Below, piece after piece: positions 9,053 through 20,400 of a stretch of DNA of 64,000 nucleotides. Both the position numbers and the translations under genes were made by a program. The notes under the pieces are model-generated. The model was not told where the DNA came from, made no database searches, and saw nothing but the letters and a program-made list of their open reading frames with translations. Position 1 is the first letter of the stretch. Each line of letters opens with the position of its first letter. Source of the stretch: a virus (lineage: Duplodnaviria; Caudoviricetes); IMG/VR virus record IMGVR_UViG_3300047557_001693, positions 28,532 to 92,531 of that record. The stretch is one strand, 5' to 3'.

Positions 9053-9554
9053 TAGAAACTTTAGCTTAGATGAGATGTTAAAATCTCAGACAGCAAGTAG
9101 ATGGGGATTTGATGAGCAATTCAATCCTCCTGATGAGGTAATAAACAATTTAACTTTGTTGTGTACAAAAGTACTACAACCTATTAGAGATGCATTAAAA
9201 GCTAGTATTACTGTAACTTCAGGTTATAGATGTCCTAGACTTAATGCTAAAATAGGTGGTGCATATACTATTATTAATGGTAAACCTGTACAAACTTCAC
9301 AGCACTGTTATGGTCAGGCAGCAGATATTAACTTTATTAAAGATGGTAAAGAATTTAATGGTTCTTTAGTATCTGTAATAAAAGATTTATGTGCAGATCC
9401 TGATTTTAAATTTGATCAATGTATATTAGAATTTGGTTCTGATGAGAATCCTTCATGGATTCACATATCATATTCTAATGATAACAATAGAATGCAAGTA
9501 TTAAGAGCATATAAATCTGGTAAAAAAACTTTATACAAACCCTGGAAACTATGA
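9042..9554 (+). CDS. Peptidase M15 (M15_3) endolysin
   Basis: 'KLSRNFSLDEM', 'VTSGYRCPRLN..IGG', 'SQHCYGQAAD' and 'WIHISY' zinc motifs. Confidence 0.9.
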   Translation: MKLSRNFSLDEMLKSQTASRWGFDEQFNPPDEVINNLTLLCTKVLQPIRDALKASITVTSGYRCPRLNAKIGGAYTIINGKPVQTSQHCYGQAADINFIKDGKEFNGSLVSVIKDLCADPDFKFDQCILEFGSDENPSWIHISYSNDNNRMQVLRAYKSGKKTLYKPWKL

Positions 9555-10138
9555 GTAAAAATAAATCTTGGTTTACTATTGAAAGAATAACAATAATTGT
9601 ATTATTAGTTATGTTATTCTTATTACAACAATGTCACAATGCATGTCCTAAAGAACCTTGGGAAGTAACTAAAACAGTTATTAAAACTCACAGAGATACT
9701 ATTACTAAGGTTAAAGTGGATACTATTACAAAGTATGTTACTTTAAAAGTACCTAAACCAACTCCTGATCCTCAAGATACTGTATTAAGTGTATATACTC
9801 AAGAGCATAGTGACAGTAGTTTAGATGCTATATTTATTAGTAAAGTAGATGGTGTATTAGTAAGCTCTGATTTTAAATACAAACTTAAGGTACCTAAAGA
9901 AATATATAGAACCATTACTCAAGTAGATACAATAACTAATACTGTAACTAATATAGTTAAGGTTAATAAGAATGTATTAGCAATGGGTGGTTTAATATTA
10001 GCTAGTCCAACAGCATATGGTTTTGATGCAGGTATGGGTATATCTTTTTATCACAAAAAAGGTTATCTTTACCAGCTGAACTATCTACCACTATCTAGGA
10101 CAGTAGTAGTAGGTTTTTCATACCAATTAAATAGATAA
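9551..10138 (+). CDS. Spanin-like membrane protein
   Basis: N-terminal TM helix ending in QQC, extended 'DTIT' beta-linker and C-terminal amphipathic beta strands; directly after the endolysin. Confidence 0.5.
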   Translation: MSKNKSWFTIERITIIVLLVMLFLLQQCHNACPKEPWEVTKTVIKTHRDTITKVKVDTITKYVTLKVPKPTPDPQDTVLSVYTQEHSDSSLDAIFISKVDGVLVSSDFKYKLKVPKEIYRTITQVDTITNTVTNIVKVNKNVLAMGGLILASPTAYGFDAGMGISFYHKKGYLYQLNYLPLSRTVVVGFSYQLNR

Positions 10139-10140
10139 TT

Positions 10141-10893
10141 ATGATAACTCTAAACCAAATGATTTATCAGATATATGAAGACCTTCAGATTTCATCTGAT
10201 GATACTTCATTAGATAAACGTTTAATTAAAGATTTAATTAATCAAGAGAGAGCTAATTGGATAAGAAAAGAACATAATAAGAACAGAAGTATTGATGATA
10301 ATATTATACAAGATTTAGGTTGTGTACCTATGTCATTAGTTAATAGACAATCTGATAACTGTTGTGATGTATTTATAGATTGTAAAATACTTAGATCATC
10401 AACTAAAATACCTAATGCAATAGAATTAAACCATGAAAAAATTATTACAAGAATTGCTCCTGTCGATTTCATGTCTATCCCTATTTATTTTATGGATTAT
10501 GATCATGCTATTTATTATGGCAATGGTAGGTATAATACCAAATCATTAGGTGCATTTATTAAAAATAATTATCTATATATTGTTTATAATAAAGGTAATC
10601 ACAACAAACTTATTGAAACTTTAAATATTCAAGGAGTATTTGAAGACCCTACAGAAGCAGGTACTTATCAAACTTGTGATGGTAAACCATGTTTTACTTG
10701 GGATTCTCGTTATCCTATTAATGCATGGATGTGGCAAACACTTGTTAAACCTGCTGTTCTTAATGAATTGAGAACTAAGAGAACTCTTTATAGAGATGAA
10801 AATAACAATGCTAAAGATGATGCTATACCAACAGTAGCAGCTAATTTTACACAAGCTGGTACTGATCCTGGTAGCAATAGACAACAAGAATGA
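10141..10893 (+). CDS. crAss-like tail ring / head-tail connector protein
   Basis: 'MITLNQMIYQI', 'QDLGCVPM', 'C.ILRS..KIP', 'GVFEDP' and 'YPI' motifs; position before the IHF-like, Ttub and Tstab genes. Confidence 0.7.
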   Translation: MITLNQMIYQIYEDLQISSDDTSLDKRLIKDLINQERANWIRKEHNKNRSIDDNIIQDLGCVPMSLVNRQSDNCCDVFIDCKILRSSTKIPNAIELNHEKIITRIAPVDFMSIPIYFMDYDHAIYYGNGRYNTKSLGAFIKNNYLYIVYNKGNHNKLIETLNIQGVFEDPTEAGTYQTCDGKPCFTWDSRYPINAWMWQTLVKPAVLNELRTKRTLYRDENNNAKDDAIPTVAANFTQAGTDPGSNRQQE

Positions 10894-11414
10894 CAAGAAA
10901 AGATTCTAAAAATAAGTTTGATATAAATATTGGTTATGATGATATATATAACCATTATAAGAATTCTACATCATCTAATATTAGCAAAGAAAAATATAAT
11001 ACTGTATTCACTCAGGTTTTTGATGAACTAATGGATATGGTTATTAAGAATGGATATAGTCTTAAGTTTCCACATAAGTTTGGAACATTAGAAATACAGA
11101 AGAAAAAACAGAAAATTGTTTACAGTAAAGATGGTACTGTAAACAGAATCTGTTATAAGGTAGATTGGAAGGCAACTAAAGAATACTGGAAGAAAGTATA
11201 TGGTGATATATCTGCTGAAGAATTAAAGACTATAACTAACAAACCTAAAATATATTGTAAAAACAAATACAGGATGAAATTTAAATATATCAAGAATGAT
11301 GCACAATATAAAGGTAAATCATTAGTAATGTTTATACCTACAAGAAAATGGTGCAGAGAACTTGCTAATCATTTAAAGAGTGATCCTTATAAAACAGATT
11401 ATAAAGAATATTAA
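10890..11414 (+). CDS. IHF/HU-like protein (crAss IHF-type)
   Basis: Basic; 'LKFPHKFGTLEIQKKK' HU arm and 'VDWKATKEYW'; position conserved in crAss-like tail modules. Confidence 0.7.
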   Translation: MTRKDSKNKFDINIGYDDIYNHYKNSTSSNISKEKYNTVFTQVFDELMDMVIKNGYSLKFPHKFGTLEIQKKKQKIVYSKDGTVNRICYKVDWKATKEYWKKVYGDISAEELKTITNKPKIYCKNKYRMKFKYIKNDAQYKGKSLVMFIPTRKWCRELANHLKSDPYKTDYKEY

Positions 11415-11416
11415 CA

Positions 11417-11695
11417 ATGCATTTAATAGCTACAACAATGGATAAAAAACATAATCGTTGGGAGAAATCTGAAACTTCTAATGGTATTACAAAAAGAGTT
11501 TGTGTTGAACAAGTAGAAAATGGTTTTGTAATTACAATGGAAAAATATGGTTCATCTGGTGAAGATGAAAAATATGTTAGTGAATGTAAGAAATACATCT
11601 CTAAGAAAAATCCATTAGAAGGTCAACAACCTAAAACTGAAGAGGAGTCTTATGAAGATAAGATTCTTGATGGTTTAGAAAATCTTTCATTCTAA
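11417..11695 (+). CDS. Hypothetical protein
   Basis: Fills the gap between two co-oriented genes; typical codon usage. Confidence 0.6.
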   Translation: MHLIATTMDKKHNRWEKSETSNGITKRVCVEQVENGFVITMEKYGSSGEDEKYVSECKKYISKKNPLEGQQPKTEEESYEDKILDGLENLSF

Positions 11696-11703
11696 TATAA
11701 ATT

Positions 11704-12642
11704 ATGGCAATCTCTGGAAAACATGTTAGTCTTAAAACCATAGTAGAAAGAGTCTACATGGATTTTGGCTTTAATTACAGCCTATCATTTACTGAAGCAG
11801 CTGAATGGGCAGGTAGTATTTTAGCTTTATTAAAAGTTCCTCTTAGTCTTCAAAACAAGGTTGAGGAAATAACTATTGAAGAATCCAGAGGTGTATTGCC
11901 TTGTGATTTAGAATCTATTGTACAAACTGCTAGAATGGTAGAGGCAGGTAATGATGGTTGTACATCAATGGTAATATCTACATTAGATAGAGGTACAGAA
12001 TATGTTGAAGTATCTGCTATTGATATAGTTAACAGAAAGTTTAAACTATGTGGATGTAATTCATTTACTACTTGTGATGAGTGTACACCAGAAGGATGTG
12101 ATCCAGGTAAACCTATTATTAGATCAGCAGGTGGTTCTTTAGCTAAACCTAATTACAGATTAGAGCCTATGAGATGGGCTACTGATACTTTTCATACTAA
12201 ACAACATTGTTCAGATTATGACTTTTATTGTAAGTCTAATCATACTTATACAGTAAGTGGTAATCATATATTTACCAATTTTACTAATGGTAGAGTGTTA
12301 ATGTCATACTTGGCAATTCCTACTGATGAAGAAGGATTTCCTATGATACCTGCTGATGAGTGGTGGAGACAAGCTGTACAATATGAGATTGCTTACAAGA
12401 TTGCATTTAAACAATTTATACAAGGTAATATTACTGATAAAGTATTCCAAATGATTGAGAGAGAAAGAGATTGGAAAGTTGCTCAAGCAGTTAATAAAAC
12501 TAAGACACCTTCTATTGATGAAATGGAATCATTCAAGAATCAGTGGCTTAAACTTATTCCTCAATATAACAATCATAACAACATGTTTAGAAACATGCAG
12601 TTACCTGAAAAAATGTTTAATCACCCATATAGATATTTTTAA
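11704..12642 (+). CDS. Tail tubular / ring protein (P22 gp4-like, crAss Ttub)
   Basis: 'LPCDL..I', 'IFTNF..G.V.MSYLAIPTDEEGFPMIP' and 'A..PSIDEMES' motifs; position before the Tstab gene. Confidence 0.75.
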   Translation: MAISGKHVSLKTIVERVYMDFGFNYSLSFTEAAEWAGSILALLKVPLSLQNKVEEITIEESRGVLPCDLESIVQTARMVEAGNDGCTSMVISTLDRGTEYVEVSAIDIVNRKFKLCGCNSFTTCDECTPEGCDPGKPIIRSAGGSLAKPNYRLEPMRWATDTFHTKQHCSDYDFYCKSNHTYTVSGNHIFTNFTNGRVLMSYLAIPTDEEGFPMIPADEWWRQAVQYEIAYKIAFKQFIQGNITDKVFQMIERERDWKVAQAVNKTKTPSIDEMESFKNQWLKLIPQYNNHNNMFRNMQLPEKMFNHPYRYF

Positions 12643-12653
12643 TTTGAAGACAT

Positions 12654-15600
12654 ATGCCAGTAAGTAAGAACACTTGGATTAAAGGATTAAATTCAGACTT
12701 TTCAAAACTTAAAACTCAACCAGATAGTTACCTTGATGCTAAAAACATCAGGGTAATTACTGATGAGGGTTCATCAACATTTGCTATAGAAAACATTAGA
12801 GGTAATAAGTTTGACTTTAAGTTACCTCCAATTGAAGCTACACATTCATTTACCAAGATTAATAATTACTCAGGTACAGCATTTATATTTATACAAAGAA
12901 CAGTGTTTGATCCTTCAACAGGTTTTTCTTATGTTGAACAAAATTTCTTTACTATAAATAACATACAAGATAAATCATATGAGTTTATAAGTATTGAATT
13001 AAATAATATACTTGCAGATCCTACATTTATATTTTCTGGTAAAGAAAATTTAAAGTTTTATTTTAATTCTAATAATGTAGTACTATATGATTTTAAACCA
13101 CAATCAGATATTATTAATTCTAGTATAACTGTTACTACAAGTAATATAGAATATATACAAAGAACAGATAAAATTACTGGCCATACTATATTAGGATGGG
13201 GTGTATATAATGATAATGTAGTACTTATAAGTTGTAGTGGAGGAGAATCTTCAGTAGATCCTTTAGATACTGAAGGGTTTTTATGGGATGTAACTTATAA
13301 TAATGCTACTGGTAATATAATTACTTCACAACTAGATGGTTTGTTTTTAAAACCATTAACCACATTAAAATATGCAGGTAGATTAAATCTATCTAGAAAC
13401 TATACTATTAGTGAACATTTAAAATGTAGATTTGAAAGTACTGAAATTACAAGAGTAGTATGGACAGATTGGTATAATAACTTAAGAACTTGTAATATAC
13501 AAGACCCTCAAATATGGGCAACACCTGAAGAATTATTTTCTTATATACCATTACACTTACCACAAAAACCTATTATTGAACAAATAATAGATGGTGGTAC
13601 ATTACCTGCAGGTAAATATCAATACTTCTATCAACTATATTCTAATCAAGGTGCCAAATCTACATACTCACCTGTAAGTAGTTTAATATCATTATTTTCA
13701 GGTGATATTTCTAAATATGTAGTTACAGGTAGTAAACCAGGAGTTAATTCACAAAAGTCAGTTAAGATTCAATTAACTAATTTAGATACTAACTATGATA
13801 TTATTAGAATAGGTTATATAGTATATCAGATTGCAGATTTTCCAGAAGCATTCTTTTTTGATGAAAGATTTATTCCTGATGATGGATTTATAAGTATAGT
13901 TCACAATGGTAATGAGAATGACATTCCTGTAGATTCTACAGAGATTGCTAATCTTAATAGACCACCAGAAATATTTAAAACTCTTGATGTTGTAAGAAAT
14001 AGATTGTTTGCAGCTAATGCAATTACTAAATACTTTGATCCTGCATTTGATGCAAGAGCTTATAGATTTAATTCTTCAAGAATATCTAAACTATATAATG
14101 CAAGTGATACTATATCAACTCCATCAGTTTTAATAAATGCTAATAGTAATACAATATCTATTGAAGGTAATATATCAGGTCCTATTGACTATTCATTAAT
14201 ACCTGATAATTTTGATGTTATAAATCCATTTAATGATGAGAATCCTGATATATCTGTAAATCCATTATCTGCTGGTAACTGGGGAGCTAATTCTCAATAC
14301 AAATATAAATCTGATGGTATAACATTAGGTGGTGAAGGTTTAAATATAAGTTATGAATTTATTGTTGATACTAAATTAGCTAAACTTGCAGGTTTACCAA
14401 ATACAACACCTTATATAAGACCTGCTATGGATGGTGTTAATGATTTTACACAACCATTCACAGATACATATACTTATTATTTATCTAACAATACATCATT
14501 AGATTCTATGAAAAATCCTTATGTAGAATCTTTATTTACAGGATATTCTAGAGGTGAAGTGTATAGATTTGGTATTGTATTCTATGATATATATGGTTAT
14601 CCATCTTATGTTAATTGGATAGGTGATATTAAGTTTCCATTTGCATATGACAGTAATGGAGATTTTGGTTTAACTGATAATAATGCAGGTAATAGAGATT
14701 TTGCAATTCTAACAATAGACCCTTCATATTACTCTGATTCACTTAGTCAAACTATATTTAATAATACTTTATTATTTAGTGGTAGCGTGTCTGATATAAC
14801 AGATTATGTTGATACATTTAATACTTCATTTTTACCTAATGCTTTAGATATAACTGCATCAGTTTATAATTCAACTCAAGTTTATTTTTCATTTCCTGCA
14901 GGTTTAGGTGCTGTTGGTTTAATAATTGAAGCTCTTCCTGGTGGTTCTACTGTAAACAGTACTTCAGCAATAGTTTTTCCTGCAGGTTATTCTCAAGTAA
15001 GTGGTGACTTATATACAAAACAAATAGGTATTAAATTTACATTAGACATTAGTAAACCACAGTTTCAAGCTATTAAAGATCAAATATCTGGATGGTCTTA
15101 TGTAAGAGTTAGAAGAGATATTAATAATAGTACTAGATTAGGTACAGGTGTTTTATTACCAACTGTATATGTAGAATTTGCTCCAGATTCAGTAGGTAAA
15201 TATAATATAGTACCTTATGAAAGAAGTGGTGATATACTTCCTACAAATGATAGATGGTTATTTGATTCAACAATACAAGGTAATCCTAATTGGAGAACAA
15301 GAGCTAGAATACAAACTTTTTATTCACCTAATTTTTTAAATAGAAAATCAGGTTTTTTTATATCAAATGATTATATGAGAATGATAGGTAGGACTAATGA
15401 TTTTAGTCAATTATCATATTATTCTCAAAAAATATTTAATTCTGCAACATGGCCTTCAAATACAGTATTATATTATATAGCATCTGCTGATTTTAATTAT
15501 ACTTATGGACTTGAAACAACTAATCCTTTAGTACCAGATAGTACAGGTACAACTTCAGATTATACAGCTACATCTAAAAATAAATTTGAAATAGCAGGTA

Positions 15601-17408
15601 GAACATATGTTAATTATCCAACAGGTGGAGGCTCTTTACCTGTTAATAGTATTACAGGTTTAGATTTTCCATTTATAAATATGGCTTCTTCTAACATGAA
15701 TGAAGCTGAAAATAATGAATATATGGAATGGGGTAATGCTTGTGAATTAATGACATTTATTCAACCTGGACCTGATACTTCTAGAGCATATAATAGTAAT
15801 ACTTTAAAATTACCATTATATTTAACTTCATATGAAAGATATTTAACAAGTCAATATGGTGGATGGTTAAGATCTGATAGATATGGTAATGATTATATAC
15901 TTACTAATCACTTTCAACCTTGGGATAAAAATACATCAGAAGATAATTATCCTAGTGGATTAGTAACTAATGGTGTATTTGGTGGAGATACTTATGTTAA
16001 TTATTTTGATTGGCAAAGAAGTAATATAAATTATAAAGAAGGTAGTGGATGGGATATAAGTCCAAATCCAGGAAGTAATCCTCCATTTGGATTAGGTTTA
16101 TTTTTTCCTTGTGAATCATCATTTAATACAGAATTAAATATAAGTAATCAACATGCATCTAATAGATTAGATACTGTTGAAGGTAGTTATACAATAACTC
16201 CAAGTTATTATGTTTATAATGATGCACTATCTCAACAAAATACAACTAACCTATTTATATCTAAAGGCTTAAATCAAACTAATGTAGTTCGTGAACCACA
16301 TACTATATATGGTACAGAACCTAAGTTAGATAATGAAAGAATAGATAGTTGGAGATCATTCTTAATTAACAATGCACTTACTGTTAATGGTAACTATGGT
16401 GAGATCAATAGACTAGTTCAATTTAAAGATAAACTATACTATTATCAAAATGATGGATTTGGTGTTGCATCTGTTAATGAGAGAGTACTTGCTAATGAAG
16501 GTGATGCTACACAAACTCAATTAGGTACAGGTACTTTACTTCAAAGATTTGACTATATATCTACTGAAACAGGAGCTAAACATTCATTTGCTGTAAAAGC
16601 TACAGGTTCTGCTATATATCACTATGATGCTTTTATTAATAAGTTGTTTAAATATTCAATGTCTAAAGATGGTGCAGGTGTATCACCACTTACTGATGTT
16701 AATGGTTTAAGTGGATTCTTTAGAACTGCATTTGTTAATACTGAATTAAAAAGTGTAGATAAAATATCTTTAACAGGTAATAGTAGAATAGGTATAACAT
16801 CAGGTTATAATTCAGAATACAATACAGTATATTTTACATTCTTTGATGGAACTAAAAATGTTAAAACTACAATAGCATATAATGAACTATTAGATTCTTT
16901 TGAATCTTTCTGTGACTTTTATCCATCATTATATATCAACATGAGAAAAAGATTTTTGTCAATTAATCCATTGGCAACATCTGAAGTATATACACATAAT
17001 CTAGGATTAAGAAATACTTTTTATGGAACTACATTTCCATCATATATTAAATTTAGAGTTAATGAAAACTCAGACTTTGTAAAGACATTTGATAACTTTA
17101 TTATTAATACTGAAGTTATTGATGTAGCAACAGATCAACAATTAAATGAAACTATTACTAGTTATGCTATATCTAATGACTATCAAATAGTTAATGAAAG
17201 AATTGCTAACTTTACTGAGAAGATTAGATCTTGGAGATTACAAATCCCAAGAGATGAAACTAATCCTAACTTAAATATAAAACCAAGAATGTCTGATAAA
17301 TACATTGATGTACTATTTAAACATACTATTAATGGTGGAGATAAAATATTCAGACTACATGATGTAATGACTGAATACTCATTAAGAAGTAAAATACTAC
17401 CTAGATAA
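12654..17408 (+). CDS. Tail stabilisation / muzzle protein (P22 gp10-like, crAss Tstab)
   Basis: 'KGLNSDFS....PDSYLDAKNIR', 'GYSRGEVYRFGIVFYD..G', 'VFGGDTYV', 'IDSWR.F', 'YG.IN.L' and 'GTG..L.R.DYIS...G' motifs. Confidence 0.8.
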   Translation: MPVSKNTWIKGLNSDFSKLKTQPDSYLDAKNIRVITDEGSSTFAIENIRGNKFDFKLPPIEATHSFTKINNYSGTAFIFIQRTVFDPSTGFSYVEQNFFTINNIQDKSYEFISIELNNILADPTFIFSGKENLKFYFNSNNVVLYDFKPQSDIINSSITVTTSNIEYIQRTDKITGHTILGWGVYNDNVVLISCSGGESSVDPLDTEGFLWDVTYNNATGNIITSQLDGLFLKPLTTLKYAGRLNLSRNYTISEHLKCRFESTEITRVVWTDWYNNLRTCNIQDPQIWATPEELFSYIPLHLPQKPIIEQIIDGGTLPAGKYQYFYQLYSNQGAKSTYSPVSSLISLFSGDISKYVVTGSKPGVNSQKSVKIQLTNLDTNYDIIRIGYIVYQIADFPEAFFFDERFIPDDGFISIVHNGNENDIPVDSTEIANLNRPPEIFKTLDVVRNRLFAANAITKYFDPAFDARAYRFNSSRISKLYNASDTISTPSVLINANSNTISIEGNISGPIDYSLIPDNFDVINPFNDENPDISVNPLSAGNWGANSQYKYKSDGITLGGEGLNISYEFIVDTKLAKLAGLPNTTPYIRPAMDGVNDFTQPFTDTYTYYLSNNTSLDSMKNPYVESLFTGYSRGEVYRFGIVFYDIYGYPSYVNWIGDIKFPFAYDSNGDFGLTDNNAGNRDFAILTIDPSYYSDSLSQTIFNNTLLFSGSVSDITDYVDTFNTSFLPNALDITASVYNSTQVYFSFPAGLGAVGLIIEALPGGSTVNSTSAIVFPAGYSQVSGDLYTKQIGIKFTLDISKPQFQAIKDQISGWSYVRVRRDINNSTRLGTGVLLPTVYVEFAPDSVGKYNIVPYERSGDILPTNDRWLFDSTIQGNPNWRTRARIQTFYSPNFLNRKSGFFISNDYMRMIGRTNDFSQLSYYSQKIFNSATWPSNTVLYYIASADFNYTYGLETTNPLVPDSTGTTSDYTATSKNKFEIAGRTYVNYPTGGGSLPVNSITGLDFPFINMASSNMNEAENNEYMEWGNACELMTFIQPGPDTSRAYNSNTLKLPLYLTSYERYLTSQYGGWLRSDRYGNDYILTNHFQPWDKNTSEDNYPSGLVTNGVFGGDTYVNYFDWQRSNINYKEGSGWDISPNPGSNPPFGLGLFFPCESSFNTELNISNQHASNRLDTVEGSYTITPSYYVYNDALSQQNTTNLFISKGLNQTNVVREPHTIYGTEPKLDNERIDSWRSFLINNALTVNGNYGEINRLVQFKDKLYYYQNDGFGVASVNERVLANEGDATQTQLGTGTLLQRFDYISTETGAKHSFAVKATGSAIYHYDAFINKLFKYSMSKDGAGVSPLTDVNGLSGFFRTAFVNTELKSVDKISLTGNSRIGITSGYNSEYNTVYFTFFDGTKNVKTTIAYNELLDSFESFCDFYPSLYINMRKRFLSINPLATSEVYTHNLGLRNTFYGTTFPSYIKFRVNENSDFVKTFDNFIINTEVIDVATDQQLNETITSYAISNDYQIVNERIANFTEKIRSWRLQIPRDETNPNLNIKPRMSDKYIDVLFKHTINGGDKIFRLHDVMTEYSLRSKILPR

Positions 17409-17410
17409 TT

Positions 17411-20400
17411 ATGGCAGAAAAAAACTCACTCTGGAAAAACATTAGGAAGAAAGCTGAACAAAACAGAAGGACAGGTGCTAAACCTAAAAAGCCTACTGCT
17501 GAAATGCTTAGGCAAGAAAGAAAAATTAAAGCTCAAAAAGCTAATGGTGGTCCTGTAGGTGATGATGATTTAATGCTTTCAAATATTTATAATAAATATC
17601 CTGCTTTTAGAAATATGGGAAATGTTACATTAAAAGCAGATACTGGATTTACAAAAGAAAACACAGGTATTGGAGATATAGAGTTTTTTGATTCAAAAAC
17701 TAAAGAGATTACTTATCCTAATGGTTACAAAGTTGTTAATCCAAGTAATAATGGATCTGGAATTATATATAATCCAAATACAAATACTGAGCAAAATATA
17801 ATGTTAGATATGTTGCATGGGATGCCTTCAGATCCAGTATATAATAAAATAAAATCTGAGCTTGGAGATGCTTATCTTAATTCTGAATTTGCAGAAGATT
17901 TTTATAATGATAGTAAATATTTTAAAAATAAAGTAGGTGAAGAAAAATGGAAAGAATGGTATGGTAATGATAAAGGATTTTTTGATAAAAGTTATTTAGA
18001 TGGTGTTATAAGAAACTTAATGTTTGAAGGAACTGCAGAAGATTTTAAAAAAAACAATTATTGGGAAGATGCTCGTAAAGAATATTTTAAAGATAAGGAT
18101 ATAAAAACTAAATACACTCAGTTAGAAAATTATCTTAAAACAGGACAAGGGTATGTTTTACCAGAAGTAGAAATATTTGGTGATAAAATAAAAGCTAATG
18201 GAGGACCTACCAAATCATTAGTACAACCTCCAGTATTATTAGATGATAATATTATTTATCCTACTGATAATCCTTATATGCCAGGAGTAAATAAAGATAT
18301 TTTAGATTCTGACTATGATAGTTACATGAGATGGAGAGAAGGTTTTATAAATAATCAAGGAATGACTCCTGAAGAATATTATCAAACTTATCCTAGTAGA
18401 CAAGAATATGATAGACAAAATTTTGATCCTGCAAATTTTTATAAAGGTGTTTCATTAGCTCAAGGTGGACCAACAGATGGTAAAGATGATCCTTTTAAAT
18501 CTACTTTAAATCAAGGAGTTACTGTTGCTAAACCTGCTCAAGATTGGGTAAGTTCTTGGGTTCAACATCCTGAATTTGCTAATAGATTAAATGAAAATTT
18601 TCGAGACCATGCTTCAAAATTAAGTAAAAAAATTTATGGAAATAAAGAAGCTAAACAAAGAGCAGCTGAGTCTAATTTAAAAAGTATAAATAAAGCAATA
18701 CCTGGTGTTATAAGTGATATCTACGATACTAAATTTTTATATAACACAAATCCAGAAAATAATTCACAATTACTTGATTTATATAGAGCTAGTTATAATG
18801 ATCCTGAGTATGATAAATTTTTTAAAAAAACCATGAGTAAAAATCCTCAAGGATTTACTGATGAACAAGGTAGAATTGTAATTACAAATGCAGCTAATGA
18901 TCAATATGGTCCAGAATCAGTATCTGTTCATGAGTTAATGCATAAAACAGGTTTATATGATGATGAAACTTTTGATAGAACATTTAAAGGTAAATTTTTA
19001 ACACCTTCTCAAGATAGATTAGATAAAGATTTTAATAGAGGTGAAATGTATCCTTTTTTAATGCAAATGAGATTTGATAATAATTTTCAACCAGGTGAAA
19101 TAATTACTCCAGAAAGATTAAAACAAATTAAAGAATCAGGATATAAAAATCATTTATTTAAATATTATACTGATGATGAAATATCTAAATACTTAAATAC
19201 ACTTGCTAGTAATCAAACACAAACACCTATGCAATATGCTGCTCAAGGTGGATATATGTATGATAGTGGTGGAAATACTAACCCTGTTACACTTTATAAA
19301 AAAGCACAATATGATCCTAATACAGGTAAGATATTAGAATATGCAGGTACTCAAGGTAATGAATACTATGTGACACCTAATACACCTCAAGGTATTGATT
19401 TTGAAAGAAGACTTTCTGAAATTGAAGTTGTTGAAGATACTGGTTTATATAATCCAGATATTGTTGGTCCAACTGCACCAAAGTTTATTCCATCTGAAAC
19501 TGGTTGGATACAAAATCCTAATTGGAGAGGAGGAGATGCTTTAGAATATGTACCAATTGAATCTGCATTATTACCTGCTAGTTTGCCTATTAAAGCAAGT
19601 ACAAATTTAGGTAAAGTAGGTAAGTTTGCAGCAGAAGCTTTAAACCCTTTAGGAGGATTTAGAAATATATCTAAAAAACTAGTTAAATCACCTAATACTT
19701 TTAAATCAGAAATAGATTGGGGTAAATGGAATCCAGATACACCAAACTATCCAGAACTTATTAATGAGTACAATGCAATAGAAGAATCTACTAAAAAAGC
19801 AGGTACCTGGATGAAAAATCCTGATGGTTCTCCTTTTCAAGGAACTCCTGAACAATTTATACAACAGCGAAGTAGTTGGTTTAAAAAATATGTTGAAGAT
19901 GCAGGAGGAAATTATGATGAAGTCATTAATGATCCTTATTTTTATCATGGTTCAAAAACTAAAGGAATAAAAGAGTTTCATACTCCTCAACATGCTGATT
20001 ATACAAAAGCAACAGGAGATACTCCTGAAACTGGTATATTTATAACTAAACGTAAAAGTTTAGCTGATATATATGCTTCAGAAAAATTATTCGATGATTT
20101 AACTCCAAAAATTGGTAAAAAAACAGGAGAAACTTATCAACTTTATGCTCCTGCAAATTATGCTAATCCTGGATTAAAAAATCCAAATAATTCAAATAAA
20201 TTAATAAATACAGGAACTTTAAAATTAAAAGATGTAGATTATTTGGAAAGTTTAGGTTATTCTGGTTTAAAACAATCATCTATGTTTGAAGGAAGTGAAA
20301 GAGCTATATTTAATCCAAATTTACTTAAATCAGCAGTAGGTAATGTAGGATTTTTTGATATAACTAATCCTAATATATATAAAGTAGTAGTTCCGCCAGC

